From Octopus bimaculoides (taxonomy: Eukaryota): a stretch of 64,000 nt of DNA. A program made the position numbers and the translations under genes. The notes under the pieces are model-generated. The model was not told where the DNA came from. It did not search any database and worked only from the letters and a program-made list of their open reading frames with translations. The stretch spans positions 38,001 through 102,000 of the forward strand of contig NC_068998.1 of the NCBI RefSeq assembly GCF_001194135.2, read 5' to 3'. Position 1 is the first letter of the stretch; every line of letters begins with the position of its first letter. Positions 23,543 to 37,560 of this stretch are shown piece after piece.

Positions 23543-24865
23543 CACTGGGTAACACAAGTTTTGCTTCTCTAAATGTTTTTAGTGTTTCTAAGGTAATTTT
23601 TCTCCTGATTTCAAAATTACCCTTGAAAATTGCATAGTATCGATATTTTAAGAGATAATCGCGGTTTTCTAGAGAATGGGAACAAAATTTTGCTGCAATA
23701 GTATTTTATTCAAGCTATTCACATTGTACACTAATAGGAACAAAAAATATTTTGTCCTAATATTTTTTTTTAACTGATGAGAAATGTAAACAAAACTATG
23801 GTGAGACTACAATAAGATTTTACTAGAAATACACCAAAGATCGTGCTCTCCTACTGTGAGCTCTTATATCTGTACGCACCAATGACCATATAAAGTTCCC
23901 CCATCATTGCAGTGTTCCATCTTCCTTGGTATCTTTTCTCCATTGTAGCAATATCCTGATTGAATCTCTCACCATGTTCCTCACTCACTTGAGACCTAAG
24001 TTTTCACGCAAAAAGTCTAAATTTGAATGCAAAAAGTGTACCTTTAATGACATACCTCTCAATAAGTTTTGCTACGAGTTGCTTGTAGTTTGGGTCTTCA
24101 TTTTTACCAAAGAATCCATTGACAATATCTCGAAAACCCTAACCCTAACCCTAACCCTAACCCATGCCCCTCTTTCTCGATCCCTCATCACATTTTCAAG
24201 TTTTGCTAACCTCAGATTTTCCTTACTTGATGTCCAGTAAATATACGACCCTTAACTTTTGCCTCAGCTTTGGAAAGAGTAGACAAATCTCTTGAAATGC
24301 TTTTCCACCACAATCTAAAGTCTTTACAAACTGTTTGACCAAACCCAGCTTTATGTGAAGAGGAAGTAACAACACTTTTGCAGGCTCTAAAAGAGGTTGT
24401 CTTATAACATTTAGCTTTCCTAGCTGGAGGTCATCTTGTGGGGGCCACTCAGTCTTCTGGTAACGTTCATGATCAGCCTTACTGTCCCATAGGCAAAGAA
24501 AACACAAATGCTTAGTGTACTCACCCGGTAATCCAAGTAAGAAGCCAAGCATTTTAAAGTCGCCACAAACATCTCATTTAAACTTATCATAGTTTACTTT
24601 CTCAAGAAGCTCTTTTACATTGTCATATTCTTCCTTTCTCTGTACGGAGTATGCAATAGGCAAGAATGGATGCTGATTTCCATTACGTAATAAAGCAGCT
24701 TTGAGACTTTTTGTTGAGCTATCTATGAAGAGTCGCTATTCTTCAGGGTTCTGATGAATTCCAATAGCTGTAAATAAGCCATTTATATCTTTACAGAAGT
24801 AGAGATCCTTGCTTATGTCAAAGTAGACTTTGAATTCCTCACGGCGCCTCCTGTATACTGTTAAT
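23543..24865 (-). mobile_element. DNA transposon remnant, probably CMC/Chapaev-3 type, 5'-truncated
   Basis: Minus strand reads NGNQHPFLPIAYS...CGDFKMLGFLLGL..YTK..CFLCLWDS..., LPLHIKLGLVKQFVK, SEEHGERFNQDIATMEKRYQGRWN, with stops and frameshifts. Terminus begins CACTGGGTAACA at 23543. Superfamily assigned from recalled motifs, not a search. Confidence 0.75.
24135..24163. repeat. Telomere-type repeat (AACCCT)n inside the transposase remnant
   Basis: aaccctaaccctaaccctaaccctaaccc. Confidence 0.9.
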
Positions 24866-24977
24866 CTGTAGATGAAATAAGCACCAGTACGCAATGGTAT
24901 CGATATAATCGACTAGGCCCCCCCCCCTCTTCACAAATTTCAGGTCGTGTGCCTATAGTCGGAAGAATTATATACTA

Positions 24978-25192
24978 AGGCGGCGTGCTGGCAGAATCGT
25001 TAGCATGCTGGGCGAAATGCTTAGCGGTATTTCGCCCGTCGCTACTTTCTGAGTTCAAATTCCACCGAGATCGACTTTGCCTTTCATCCTCTCGGGGTCG
25101 ATAAATTAAGTACCAGTCAAGTGCTGGGGTGCGATGTGATCGACTATCCCACTCCCATCACATTCCAGGCCATGTGCTTTTAGTAGACATGG
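24978..25192 (+). mobile_element. tRNA-derived SINE, family A (preceded by a 3' fragment of another copy at ~24878-24975)
   Basis: aggcggcgtgctggcagaatcgttagc...ctgagttcaaattcc...gcctttcatcctctcggggtcgataaattaagtaccag. Confidence 0.9.
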
Positions 25193-26686
25193 TTACGGAT
25201 TCATTGAGTCCATGAAATAATGTTTGCTAATTTCCTCAGTCTTACATTAAGTGCAGTTAGGCCTGGGAGACTAAAGAGAATATTTCTCTCTCTGAATATG
25301 AAAGCATTCTTTGTTCCTTTCCAAACTCAGTGGAATTTTCCCTTTCACTATTTAGAATCTGTGAAAGTAGAAAGGAGAAAAATAACTTAGTTCTCGTAGG
25401 AAAACTGATTTTTTAAATATGATGTAAAATTTGAAGCAGTTTTAACAATGGGATACATTTCCAAGCTTATATCTTTGTTAAGCAATACAGAAAAAAGGTG
25501 CCCTATTTTCCATTTTACGTACCTTCGGAGTTTCAAGTTGTTTCAGTTTCTTGATGAATAAAGAGTGCATGATGGTTCCACAGAGGGTTATGTTATTAAG
25601 CCAAGTAATTCTAAATCTGGTGGGAGTTTGGTTTAAACAGAAAAACAATGATCCAACTCTAGTCTTACAGTAAAGAAGCAATTTTCTCCGTAGGATATGA
25701 AATAATATAAACTACAATTTAAACGCTATTTAAAAACACCTATCAGGGAATAGCACTTCTGATTAAATGAATGGTTTGCATTTTTTCTTTCTTTCAATGC
25801 AATTTAGAATCTTTTGAAAATATAATAATTCATTGTCATGTTCAAAATTTCTGTTTTCTTTTACAATTTGAAGAATGTATACAGATACAAAGATATTCTA
25901 TATGAATGTAATATATGATGTAGTTAGAATATTTAGTTTTCTGAAAATAACCAAAATTTGAACTAAAACTCAAGAGATACAAAATAAAAATTATTTGTAC
26001 GTCTAGGTTTAGTTCAAATCTCATTTTATTTGCCTGAAGTCATCAAAATATGTTCCACTATTATATCGCGGCTATTTAAATTACTTGTACTACTTGCCAC
26101 AGCAAGAAAATGGTTTTAGCTTTTATTAAAAGATTGAAAAAAAAGAAGCAAAGGAGTCAATCTCATTACATGAGGAGCTCTTTATCCACCAGGGGCCAAT
26201 GTAACTGAAGTCTTCGAAAAAGACTTAGTCCGGTGCTCAAATATTTCTAACAACTTAACGCTCTCATCATTGCAATGTTGATAGTTATATCGAGGATAAC
26301 CATAGCAATCTTAGTATATTACTGGTACCGGTTTCTATGCCAAGTAGACCTCACTGGGTTTTAACTCATAACCTATGGGACGCAACAACATCTCTTCTTT
26401 GCTGATAGATACATCAATTAAGGGGAGGAGTTGAGATACTCTGATGACGTCAGGAATATTGAGAATAGCTTTAATGTGAACTCGAACCCAGATGGCAACA
26501 TTGAATCCATAAAATAGATCAGCAGCAGCAGACGTTTGAACATTGAAACACTATCCTGTCCAGCTAATTGACAACGACCGTCGGAGAATCTCGTCCCAGG
26601 CAGTTGGTTTAACCTCAAATCAAAACTGCAAGGTGGATTTGACGAGTAACGAGTTTATCACCATTCTACATCAATAGCTTCATCTG

Positions 26687-26687
<1 letters not shown>

Positions 26688-26777
<90 letters not shown>

Positions 26778-26781
26778 CACA
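26688..26781. repeat. (CA)n microsatellite
   Basis: Direct reading. Confidence 0.97.
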
Positions 26782-27459
26782 CGTTATTTAACTGAAACCA
26801 AGACATCACGGTTACAACTGAGTTCCAACTCCATTCCTTTGCCGGTGGGGTGTGTGTGTAAGACTGGAGATTTAGCTTCAATTAAATCTTATATCATTGT
26901 CCTTTTTTTTTTAACTAAGTACATTGTTTCTTGTTTGCATACACCAATGTTTATACACTTCTTTATTATATACTCTCCCTCTGTCTCTCATGCACATACG
27001 TACATACATACAGCTACAAACACGCACACACATACATATGCACATGCGTACACACACCTATAAACACAAACACACACATACACACATATGCAAATAATTT
27101 ACTTTACGATCTCTGAATGGAAAACTATTGTTATAGCGTTGTGTAATTTTTACAAATATTTCAAATGCAGAAACGACAAATAGCAACAGAAACACAGCTA
27201 TAACACTTTAAATCCTTTTCTATTATTTAATCCCTGCATAATCTTAGAAAACTTACAACAGGATTAGTTTGACAATCAAACTCTTCCACTTCCACCAAAA
27301 CAGTTGGACTTCTTTTGATTTTGAAGAATCCTATTTGATAAGAAAAATATGCATATGAAAGCGGGCGTGTGTGTGTGCTGAGATAGAGAGGGGTGGGTGG
27401 GTGAGTGAAAAACAAAAGGGGAGGGGAAAGAGAGAAAGATAAAGAGAAGGAGACGGACG

Positions 27460-27463
<4 letters not shown>

Positions 27464-27515
<52 letters not shown>

Positions 27516-27767
27516 AAGAAATGCCAACAGACAGATTATGTCTATTATAGTGAAGATCTCATTGTAATGCCGCGAGTTCGCTGTCAGTGTAGTTGGTCAA
27601 CTAACATTCCTTCAGCCAGTGAGAGATCTGAAAGAATGTCGACTGACCAGTTCTACAGACAGGAATCCTAGGATATCAGCATGAGCTATTGACCCTAATT
27701 TATCAATCATTAATGAGACAATAAATATTGTTACTCAGCTATTGGTATTGAATACTCTTTCCTCAGT

Positions 27768-27817
<50 letters not shown>
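27464..27817. repeat. (GA)n at 27464-27512 and (GT)n at 27769-27817
   Basis: Direct reading. Confidence 0.95.
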
Positions 27818-27820
<3 letters not shown>

Positions 27821-29007
27821 ACATATGTATATGAGAAACTTCAAATACAGAAGAATCTACTTGCATAATGCGTGTAGGCAATTATTGGTGTTATTTACCT
27901 CAAGTCCAAGCTGCTTGAATGAACTGCCACACAGTCTTCAATACAGCTGCGAAACACGGATCCAGTGTTACTTATATTCTACGTCTGTATCTAACTACCA
28001 TATATTGTGGTTTATCATATGGGATGCCGGCGGGTGAATAAATTTGGTCGCATAGATGTATAATTGACTGAAGCTATCTGGGATACGACCAATAGTTATT
28101 CAATCGATACTAGAGATGGTGAAGCAAAGTCGATATTGATAAGAATTGAGCTCAGAATATAGAGGGGTGAAAATAAATACTTCAAGGTATTTACTCCAGA
28201 ATTATATAATTTCTACTCCTGAACCAACATACCAATGGTGTTAGTGCTAACACACTATCTTAAAGAGAGTGTTTTGTCAGTGACAAGGGCTTTTGTATTT
28301 TGCAATTATTTAGTATTTTACATAGAAGGAAGGAGTAAACGGAAATAAATCAAACCGAGACGTTAAAAAGCTAAAATGATATGAAAATCATTAAAAGGCT
28401 TCTTCGTAGGCCGCAAAACATTTATCCAAAATCTATAATTTAAGTAAACCTTAAGTACACAGCAAAAAACTAAGTGACACAATTTTCCTCAAACGTGAGA
28501 GCTTCGTACGCCCTTTGTCAGATTTTATTATTAATTCTGCCGGGTTCTCACATCTGCCTCAACTGCTACACTGTATGTACATTTTTGGTGGAGGGCGATT
28601 TTGTCACCGACAAACTTGAAATGGGACAGGTTGTACAGGATTACATAGTACCAATAACAAGTAAAACTTGACCTGATATATTCCATCATGTCAGTACCAG
28701 TAAAATTCAAGGGATATTGTTAGTTCTCATTGTTTCTTTTATTTCTTCTCATAAAAGGCTTTTTTTTTTTACATTTGTGTAGCATTGATCTTAAAATAAT
28801 TCATCTCAACAGCTTTAAATCGATTGTTAATAATGACAATGATTGCCAGAATACTTAACAATTTCATTATCTTTCCATTTTGTCTAATTAATAGAGAGGT
28901 CTAAATACTCTATATCAGAATACCAGATGGAGTGGTCACAACTGGATCTTTGATCAAAACTGTCTAAAGGCACAAACAACAAATATATTAATATTTCTAG
29001 CGTTCAG

Positions 29008-29228
29008 AAGACGGCTGACTGGCAGAATCGTAAGCATACAAGGCAAAGTGCTTAGCTACATTTCGTCTGTCTTTACGTTCCGAGTTCAAATTCCGCCGAG
29101 GTCGACTTTGCCTTTCATACTTTCCGTGTCGATAAAATAAGTACCAGTTAATTAGTGGGATCGATGTAACCGACTTACCAACAAGCCTGAACTTGCTGGC
29201 CTTGTGCCAAAATTGGAAACCAATATTT
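29008..29228 (+). mobile_element. tRNA-derived SINE, family A
   Basis: ctggcagaatcgtaagc...gagttcaaattccgccgaggtcgactttgcctttcat...gtcgataaaataagtaccag...ccttgtgccaaaattggaaacc. Confidence 0.88.
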
Positions 29229-29239
29229 CTGTCATCATC

Positions 29240-29345
29240 ATTATAGACGCCGTTGTTTATTGGAACTGAAACATCGATTAGGAAATATTTCTCTTCTTGA
29301 TGGCCTTCGACAATAAGATCGAAACAATTTGTCTTAACTTGTGTT
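29240..29345 (-). mobile_element. RLE endonuclease fragment of an R4/Dong-like LINE
   Basis: Minus strand DLIVEGHQEEKYFLIDVSVP, like the PD...C.LIDV..P restriction-like endonuclease motif. Confidence 0.6.
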
Positions 29346-32328
29346 TTATAAACTGGCATCACTCAAATTTGTTCATTTTGTCTTTGTCATAGACATTTTC
29401 TGCTGAAGATTTCAACCACCTCAATCCTGAGATTATTTCTTAATTACTGCCATCATTTCCACGTTATGACACTGACGACTCTGATCTGTGTGTGTGTGTG
29501 TGTGTGATCAATGTAATTCCTTCGTTACACCCACCACAACCACCACCACTACACAGTCTGTAGTTACTATAATCTACTTTGTTTTTAGTATTTTAACACC
29601 TCAATCAAAAATCTTTTGTCTCAGTTTTTGATCCTGTACTCTTCTTTGCTGAGTTTTTATTCTAATCCGCTTTGGTTTGCGAGGTATTGCCCATGCTGGA
29701 GTATCTTCTTGCAACATCTTAGCAAAAGATTTTCTTATATAATTGTCAGTTTGTTATTTCTCTATCTTCTCGACAGTTATCACTTCCCTAAACCTCTATT
29801 TATATCTCTTAGACCCTCTAAATACAGAATCAAATGTATTTTTTATTCAAGTTTTCTGTCTATTAATATTATTTACCCTTTATTCTCCATATTATTCTAG
29901 TCTGGCAGTAAATATTGCATAAGGCACTCATTATTGTTTTTTCTGTCTCGTCCTGCTAATTCACTTAGCTTCAACTTGTGAATATTATAAACATAATATT
30001 ACTATACATTTACTACTTTTTTTAAATATTTGACTTAGTTTTAGGTATTAACATAAATACATTATAATATTCCTTACTAACGTCTTTTTATGTGAATTGT
30101 ACCTTGCCTTAGTTCATTTATTCCTACCATTGTGGCAAAGAAGTATTTTTAAGATTGGCTCCGGATTGATTCTTTATCTAACATGATATTACTCTTCTAT
30201 AAATGTCTCGCTCATCAAGTTTACCTTGCGGCAAATGTTGTGGAGTCAGCATTTGTAGTTCCAGATAAAATTACTGAAGGAATTTACTTATATTTGTTTA
30301 TGTTCCGAGTTCAAATTCCGTCTTTCTGGAGTCAATAAAATAAAACCAATCAAGTGCCGGGTCGGAATAATTTATTATTCTTTCTTCCAAATTGAATTAC
30401 TTTTCACCTAATTAAGAAATAGTTTGTTAATTATTTAGTTAATGGCGCTGTATTTAGTTCCTGTTTATTTTTACTTAATTCTTGGTTGGTTTGGAGGAGG
30501 TAATGGAGTCAAAGTGTTCGTTTTATTGAGAGAAAATGAATTCACATTTTTGACGGATAATTTGTGGTTTAGCAAGAATCTCTTGTTCTTTGAATTTGGG
30601 TACTTCACTTTTATGGGATAATTCTAGAACATTTGTCAATCCCCGCCTCTCTCTCTCTCTCTGTCCTCTTCCTCCTCCTTTATGTCTTTTCCTTGTTGAT
30701 GATTTCATTAAGGATTGGGAAATCTTTTGTTTATTTCTCTCTTCGTTTGTCTTCCACATCATTTGCCTGGCTTTTCATGACGTTTTGAAACGATACTAGC
30801 TGTTCTGTGACAAAAATGCTGCAACTGCTGCTGTATAAATTAGTTGAGATAACCTGATCGTAGTTATGTTTCCATCTACTTCCAACAATGATTTTTTTTT
30901 ATTGCTCGTTGCTATTTTATCCATAAGTTTCATCTTTGGTGGGATACTTCGCTAATCCATAGAAAAATCTATTTATTCATTTCAATTATTCAAGTATTTC
31001 CACGTTTAGATTATTGTTATATACAAAATTTCTATCTTTAGATCTTTCTACTCTTAGATCTTTCTCATTTTCAGTAATGTTCATATTTTCGTTGCTGTAA
31101 TTCATCTTTTGTTGGTCGATATTCTAAGAGGTATGCTTGGCTTCTTTTTTGTATGTTTTTTTTTCTGTTGCTTTTTCTTTCGCCTGGTCTATCGTCGTAA
31201 TTTATATTCTCAATGTTTATAGTTCAATGTTTTTATTTGTATCGTGACTAAAAGGTATTTATAGCCTCCATTGCTTGCCTCTTATATGATTTCCTTATCT
31301 GCTAATGGTATCGTATTACTTCACAATAATCACAACATTTTCCCGCATTTCATTCATCATTCTTCTCAATCTTTTCATCTCAAATTTATTTCCATGTACT
31401 ATTTTTACTAAAGGTACTATTTGATCTACGTTGTGTTTTCAAAGTTTCATCTATGAACAGATAAATATATAACACCTACCTTTTCTTATTCACTCATCCC
31501 TTCCCATCCATAGTCCTAAAGTTACGAAAATTTTGCATATTACAAAAATTTAGAGACTCGCCTGAAAAATTTCTTTACAGAACTCAATACTTCAAATTTT
31601 TACCAGTGATATATTTTCTTTCACAATTACTTTTTCTATATTTTCCGTTAAACATATCTGTAAACATTTCATTATCCGAGAAGGTATAATTCCATTACAA
31701 AGTTTATAGGTCATATTTCACAATAATCTTAGGGGATTAGTTTAATTGTTCTCCACCCTTTCTACGACGTTCTCTCGGTTCTAATGTAGCTGACTCGCAT
31801 ATTTATATAAACTCCTACATAATCTGAAATGCAACCTCGACATTAACGGAGCAGATATGCTATCATATTTGTTGATATGTCTTTGTCTGATTATCTTCAG
31901 ACATTAAGCACTAATACCTTCTGTAATTATTTCTGGTAGACGCCAACGAGGTAGCCTCTGCGCAATCGCTTATCCTGTTAGATATAGTAGGCAAGTCTTT
32001 CTCAAATCAGACAAACATCTTTTTAAAAAATAGCAAATTCGATTGTGTAGTCCTGAACACACAATGTCTAGAATAAAAAAAAAAAATATGGATTAGTCAA
32101 GACTGTAATGGTTTTGACCATAAGTCTGTTTGATCAGGGCTACTCTACGGTAAAACGATATCAACATCACAAAAATTCCATTTTATAATACATCCCAGAA
32201 TTATTTGGATTATTAGTGGCTCACATTTTTTTATGCTAAACAAGATTCTTCCTACCATTTCTAACGGAATTACTTCAAAAATAGATAATACAAACATTGC
32301 AAAAATACATTTCTAATTCTTTATATAT

Positions 32329-33058
32329 NNNNNNNNNNNNNNNNNNNNNNNNNNNNNNNNNNNNNNNNNNNNNNNNNNNNNNNNNNNNNNNNNNNNNNNN
32401 NNNNNNNNNNNNNNNNNNNNNNNNNNNNNNNNNNNNNNNNNNNNNNNNNNNNNNNNNNNNNNNNNNNNNNNNNNNNNNNNNNNNNNNNNNNNNNNNNNNN
32501 NNNNNNNNNNNNNNNNNNNNNNNNNNNNNNNNNNNNNNNNNNNNNNNNNNNNNNNNNNNNNNNNNNNNNNNNNNNNNNNNNNNNNNNNNNNNNNNNNNNN
32601 NNNNNNNNNNNNNNNNNNNNNNNNNNNNNNNNNNNNNNNNNNNNNNNNNNNNNNNNNNNNNNNNNNNNNNNNNNNNNNNNNNNNNNNNNNNNNNNNNNNN
32701 NNNNNNNNNNNNNNNNNNNNNNNNNNNNNNNNNNNNNNNNNNNNNNNNNNNNNNNNNNNNNNNNNNNNNNNNNNNNNNNNNNNNNNNNNNNNNNNNNNNN
32801 NNNNNNNNNNNNNNNNNNNNNNNNNNNNNNNNNNNNNNNNNNNNNNNNNNNNNNNNNNNNNNNNNNNNNNNNNNNNNNNNNNNNNNNNNNNNNNNNNNNN
32901 NNNNNNNNNNNNNNNNNNNNNNNNNNNNNNNNNNNNNNNNNNNNNNNNNNNNNNNNNNNNNNNNNNNNNNNNNNNNNNNNNNNNNNNNNNNNNNNNNNNN
33001 NNNNNNNNNNNNNNNNNNNNNNNNNNNNNNNNNNNNNNNNNNNNNNNNNNNNNNNNNN
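32329..33058. other. Assembly gap (N run)
   Basis: 730 N flanked by (AT)n. Confidence 1.
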
Positions 33059-33096
<38 letters not shown>

Positions 33097-33188
33097 AATA
33101 TAATATATATACATATACATGTCTGTATATATATATACACAATAATATACATATACACACACACACAAACACACATAGAAAGTTAAGA

Positions 33189-33270
33189 CTAGATAGATAG
33201 ATAAATAGATAGATAGATACATACATACATACATACATACATACATACATACATACATACATACATACAT
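33189..33270. repeat. (TAGA)n(TACA)n tetranucleotide repeat
   Basis: Direct reading. Confidence 0.95.
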
Positions 33271-34560
33271 AGAGGGATTTAAAGAGACGGAGAACCGAAG
33301 GATTGGGAAACAGAGAGAGAAGAGATTACTGAGGCGATTTCTATAAACATTATCCTAAATGTCAATTTGCCACAGAAGAAAATATTTTGCAGCGTAGAAG
33401 GTGTTTATAAGCCATTTAAAATAACACACAAAAACCGTCAGATTCACTTCAACGTTTAAATTTAAATTATCAAAATATTTTCGTCGTTTTGAGACCGCGA
33501 CCTGTTCCTCTCACGGATGAGGGCATGAAATGCCTAGAACTGTCATCCCGCTGCAAAAATAACACTTATTCCTTATTGCAAATATTCCATATTCTATTTT
33601 GAATTTATTTTAAGATTTCAGAGTTATATCCCCACCTTTTTTCATCAAAATTAAATTATATCAAACACCATCAATAGGATGTAATATTAGAATTTCTTGT
33701 TTGGTTACATTATGTATGTCAACATTGATTTTACTGATACACGAAACAGTAATATTAGCTATTCATCGATATTGACCAGAGGGTATTTATTTTCTTACCT
33801 ATTCGAAACTAGATTTGATAGAATTGAATGTAGTAGTGTCGTGTTAAACATCTGAACCCACGATAAACCTGAATTTACTCCACCATTATTACGAAACATT
33901 TGTCTTTTGTACAACTATTTACTGCTGTGCGTTTACATAGGACTGAATCCTTTTAATATCAATCATATATACGAGTGCTTCGTTCGTACTGAAATCATTA
34001 TAACTATGTTTCTTTATTTAATTTTAGTTGTCTACTTATTCATCGACTTGCATGTCATCGTCTAAATAAAATATAGCAATTATGTTTACGTAATCCAAGG
34101 CAAGTTATACGGCATTTAACATTAAATTAAAGTTACTCTTTTAAATATACACGACTAATCATTTTAAAACATTAACTTTATTTCCGCCATGTTTACTGTC
34201 TCCAACAGATTTTATTTTATTTCTTTATCGCTCGTACACGAATACGTGTTTTCTATTTAATAGAAATCTATTTTATTGAATAAATTCCAGCTTTGATATT
34301 TTATTCAATACCTCCAGCTTTGTTAATCAAATTCTGGCCTCATTCAGTTCACTTGTAACAGTCGCTTAACTATTTATTTAGTAAAGAAGTATATAGGAGA
34401 GAAGAAATATAATGCACACAAATATATGTGAGGCTCGTTTGATTCGTGTGCCTATATTCAAGTTACTGCTTAGTTATATCACTACATATATCATGACTTG
34501 TATACGTATGTTCGTTTTTGTATATGCATATATGTGTTCAAGAACGTTTGAGTAGATGGT

Positions 34561-34599
<39 letters not shown>

Positions 34600-34664
34600 G
34601 GCGTGTGTCTGCACTCGCGCGTGAGTATGTATACACACACATATACACACACACCTATGTATAA

Positions 34665-34852
34665 ACGAGGGGGTGCTGAAAAATTCCTGGCTTTAAGGGT
34701 GCCTTAAAATTCCTGGATGGAGACCTAACATTTCGAGTTCCTTTACAGGGCTTAGAAAAGCAGAAATACCGTTGCAATAGATACGTGAATCTGAGAGGGG
34801 AACATGTTGAATGAAATCATAATTAACTGATCCTCCTGTATTTTCTTTTACA
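34665..34852 (+). mobile_element. Internally deleted mariner-like element, right end lost
   Basis: TIR-like acgagggggtgctgaaaaattcctggcttt followed by the transposase C-terminus RCNRYVNLRGEHVE*; interrupted by the adjacent LINE fragment. Confidence 0.7.
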
Positions 34853-34879
34853 GAAGTCATCATCAACAAGTACAAGAAC

Positions 34880-35570
34880 AACAATAAAAGTTCTAATGTT
34901 ACTATATCCAGTCTTCGGTGTCTAACATCTTGTCTGTCTGGAAGTCAAAAGTCCCAGAGGATTTTTGCCTTCCCCTTTTCGTTCATTACCTTTTCCGATG
35001 TCTGTTGGGACCAAGAACCCGTTACCTCGTATCCAAACTTCCAGCATAGTAGCCAGTGAAGGTTTTGGGCTACCTTGCCGTGTCTGCGCTTGTACTTTTT
35101 GCGCAAGACTTTCACAACAGTGTGAGTCACGCTTTCAACCTTTTCCCTACACATTCTTCACAGGTTCGTTGCACTTGTGTGTATATGTATCCCTTTTCAC
35201 TGAGTTGCGATTCAATGCCTGATCCTGGGTAGCGAGGATTAGGCTTTCAGTCTTCTTTTTAAGGTCACTCTTGCTAAGCCACCTCTATGGTGCTTCCAGG
35301 TCTGATCATGTAATTCCATGCGAAGTAGAGTTTCTTCTCTCTCGTTGGCTATTCGTGATCGGAATTCATTAGCACTCTCAAAGCCTATTTTTGGTAAATC
35401 CTTCTGCATAAGCAGCATATTGTAGTAGGTTTTGTTTGCTATTTACTAAATATTGTGCCATATTTCTTCTTTCATTGTTGATGCACCCCCGCACGGTAAT
35501 CACACCACGCCCACCTTTACACATCTTCAGCCTGTGTACGTTCGCCTTATTGTCACTACATGTCGATGTA
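34880..35570 (-). mobile_element. R4/Dong-like (RLE) LINE fragment: post-RT region, zinc knuckle, start of RLE
   Basis: Minus strand KANVHRL..KGGRGVI...; CREKVESVTH...YKRRHGKVAQNLHWLLC.KFG...KAKILWDF followed by QTD..L. Confidence 0.85.
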
Positions 35571-37478
35571 GTGGCCATCAGTGAAGCCAGACTCTCAGGC
35601 CGACTAGCGTTCAAGTCCATTTTCGGTGGATATGAGATGTATGCACATAGATATATACACACTTATAATGTAAGCTTATATTCATGCTATACACATTTAC
35701 ACATACCCTTACATATTCCATGGAAGTATAGGCGTGTTTGCTTTTATGTAAATTCCATCTCTCTCTCTCCTCCGCTCATGTGCGTCTGTGCGCGTGTGCG
35801 TGCGCGCATGCGTGCGCGCATGCGTGCGTGTAGGTGTGTGTTGGTGAATGTGTGTGCGCGTGTGCAAGTGTGTTATGAGTGTATGCCGGTATTGTGCTAC
35901 ATAGAGTAGCCATTATTTAAAGACAAATTCTGTTGGTTTAAATTTGTTTATATTTCACTGCTAAAATATTTGTTGTTTGGTCTTCTCATTCTATTAGTGA
36001 CCTACACTGTTGACTGACAACATTGTAGCTTTTAGAAATACAATAAACGCTAGCCATCTTCATTGTTAGACACCTTAATGTAAGCCATGGAGTAGTTGTC
36101 CAGAATGCAAAAACTAATGGATTTTATGAACAATAACGATTTTCTGACAGCAATAGTTTTAATTGGAGAAAAATACCTGAAACATGGTATCGACTTTTGC
36201 AAGTTAAAGTGTTTTAGGTATGGTTTCAAAACCAGCAATTCCTGTTGATTCTCTGAGCAATTAAGGACATCTCTGAATACGTGATTAATATTGACCTGTG
36301 AAGTGCAGCGGCGGCGGATTCAATAACTCGCTGGAGAATTTTGATACTTTTTTGAGTTTGAATTCTACCTCGGTCAAATTTGCTTTCTGTTCCTTGCGGG
36401 TTGGTTTAAATAAGTTCTAGTCAACGGTTGGTGTTAATTTCTTTGATTACACTCATCTCTCAAAAGTATTCCCCTCCCCTACACTGCTGTTTAAAAGAAA
36501 CTATTTTGGCCTCTTAAAGGGCGATGGAGCGAGAAAAACTGAGTCGGATTAGAAGGGATAAAAGTATTAGTGTGCTAGATTAGGAACGATAAAGGGTTAG
36601 TGTCCCGGATTAAATTCCTTGTAATATTTTGAAATATCATTTTCTATTTTGAGTTCAAATCTCTCCATCGCAACAATGTACCTTTGTTCGAAATTCTCGG
36701 TCGTTGTCCTAATATCAAAAGCCAATATCGACATTTTATATTAAGACATATACACAAATGTTTTGTGGGATATGGGGGAAAAACTGAATAAATTTATTGA
36801 TTCTGTAACGATGAAAGACAATGTTGTCTACCCTGAAAGCTGAACTGAAAACATTGAAAGACCACAGGATAACATGAATGTTTCTCCCACAGTACATCTA
36901 TTTATTAAGGTAATTTTTAGTGTAGTCACTTGGAGTAGGTTTGTGATGAAATTATTATTGTTATGTGGTTTCACACCGAATGAATTTGAAAGAACCACCC
37001 CGCTCAACTATCTGTATCATAATTGCTTTGTTAACATGTTCACTGTTATGACAACTGTGTGTTTATAATTGTATCTGCTACTAGTTGAATACAAGTCAGA
37101 AATGGCTTTATTTTTGCCGCCTTTTCTTTAAGCGTTTGCTTCAATCCTTGCTCTATATTTTCCTGTGTTTTATTTTGTTCTCTTTTAGTTATTCTTTTCC
37201 TTTTTTTCATCTCAAGCCATGCTTTGTTTCTTGTGTCTCTTTTTGCAAGATCTTCTTCTCTTCAATTCACATCAGGCATAGTGATAACCTTTGCCTTCCT
37301 CCTGCTGCCCAAAGTCAAGCAGTTTCTTAAAGACTGACGATCTTTCGTCCCTTTCATACGTAATTAACTGCTGTATATTTGAAAACTTACCTCTCTACTC
37401 TCTTCTCGTTCGTACACTTTCAATATCATTCATTATTTTCATTGATTCAGTCACATACTTCATTACATCTTTCTTTCT

Positions 37479-37479
37479 T

Positions 37480-37532
<53 letters not shown>

Positions 37533-37560
37533 ATCTCTGTCTCTCTCTGTCTCTCTCCCT
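37479..37560. repeat. (TCTG)n/(TC)n repeat
   Basis: Direct reading. Confidence 0.93.

Noticed and set aside
29600-31950. AT-rich stretch that may be a very old LINE on the minus strand
   Set aside because: Only a faint FKYLG-like trace; no motif I can defend.
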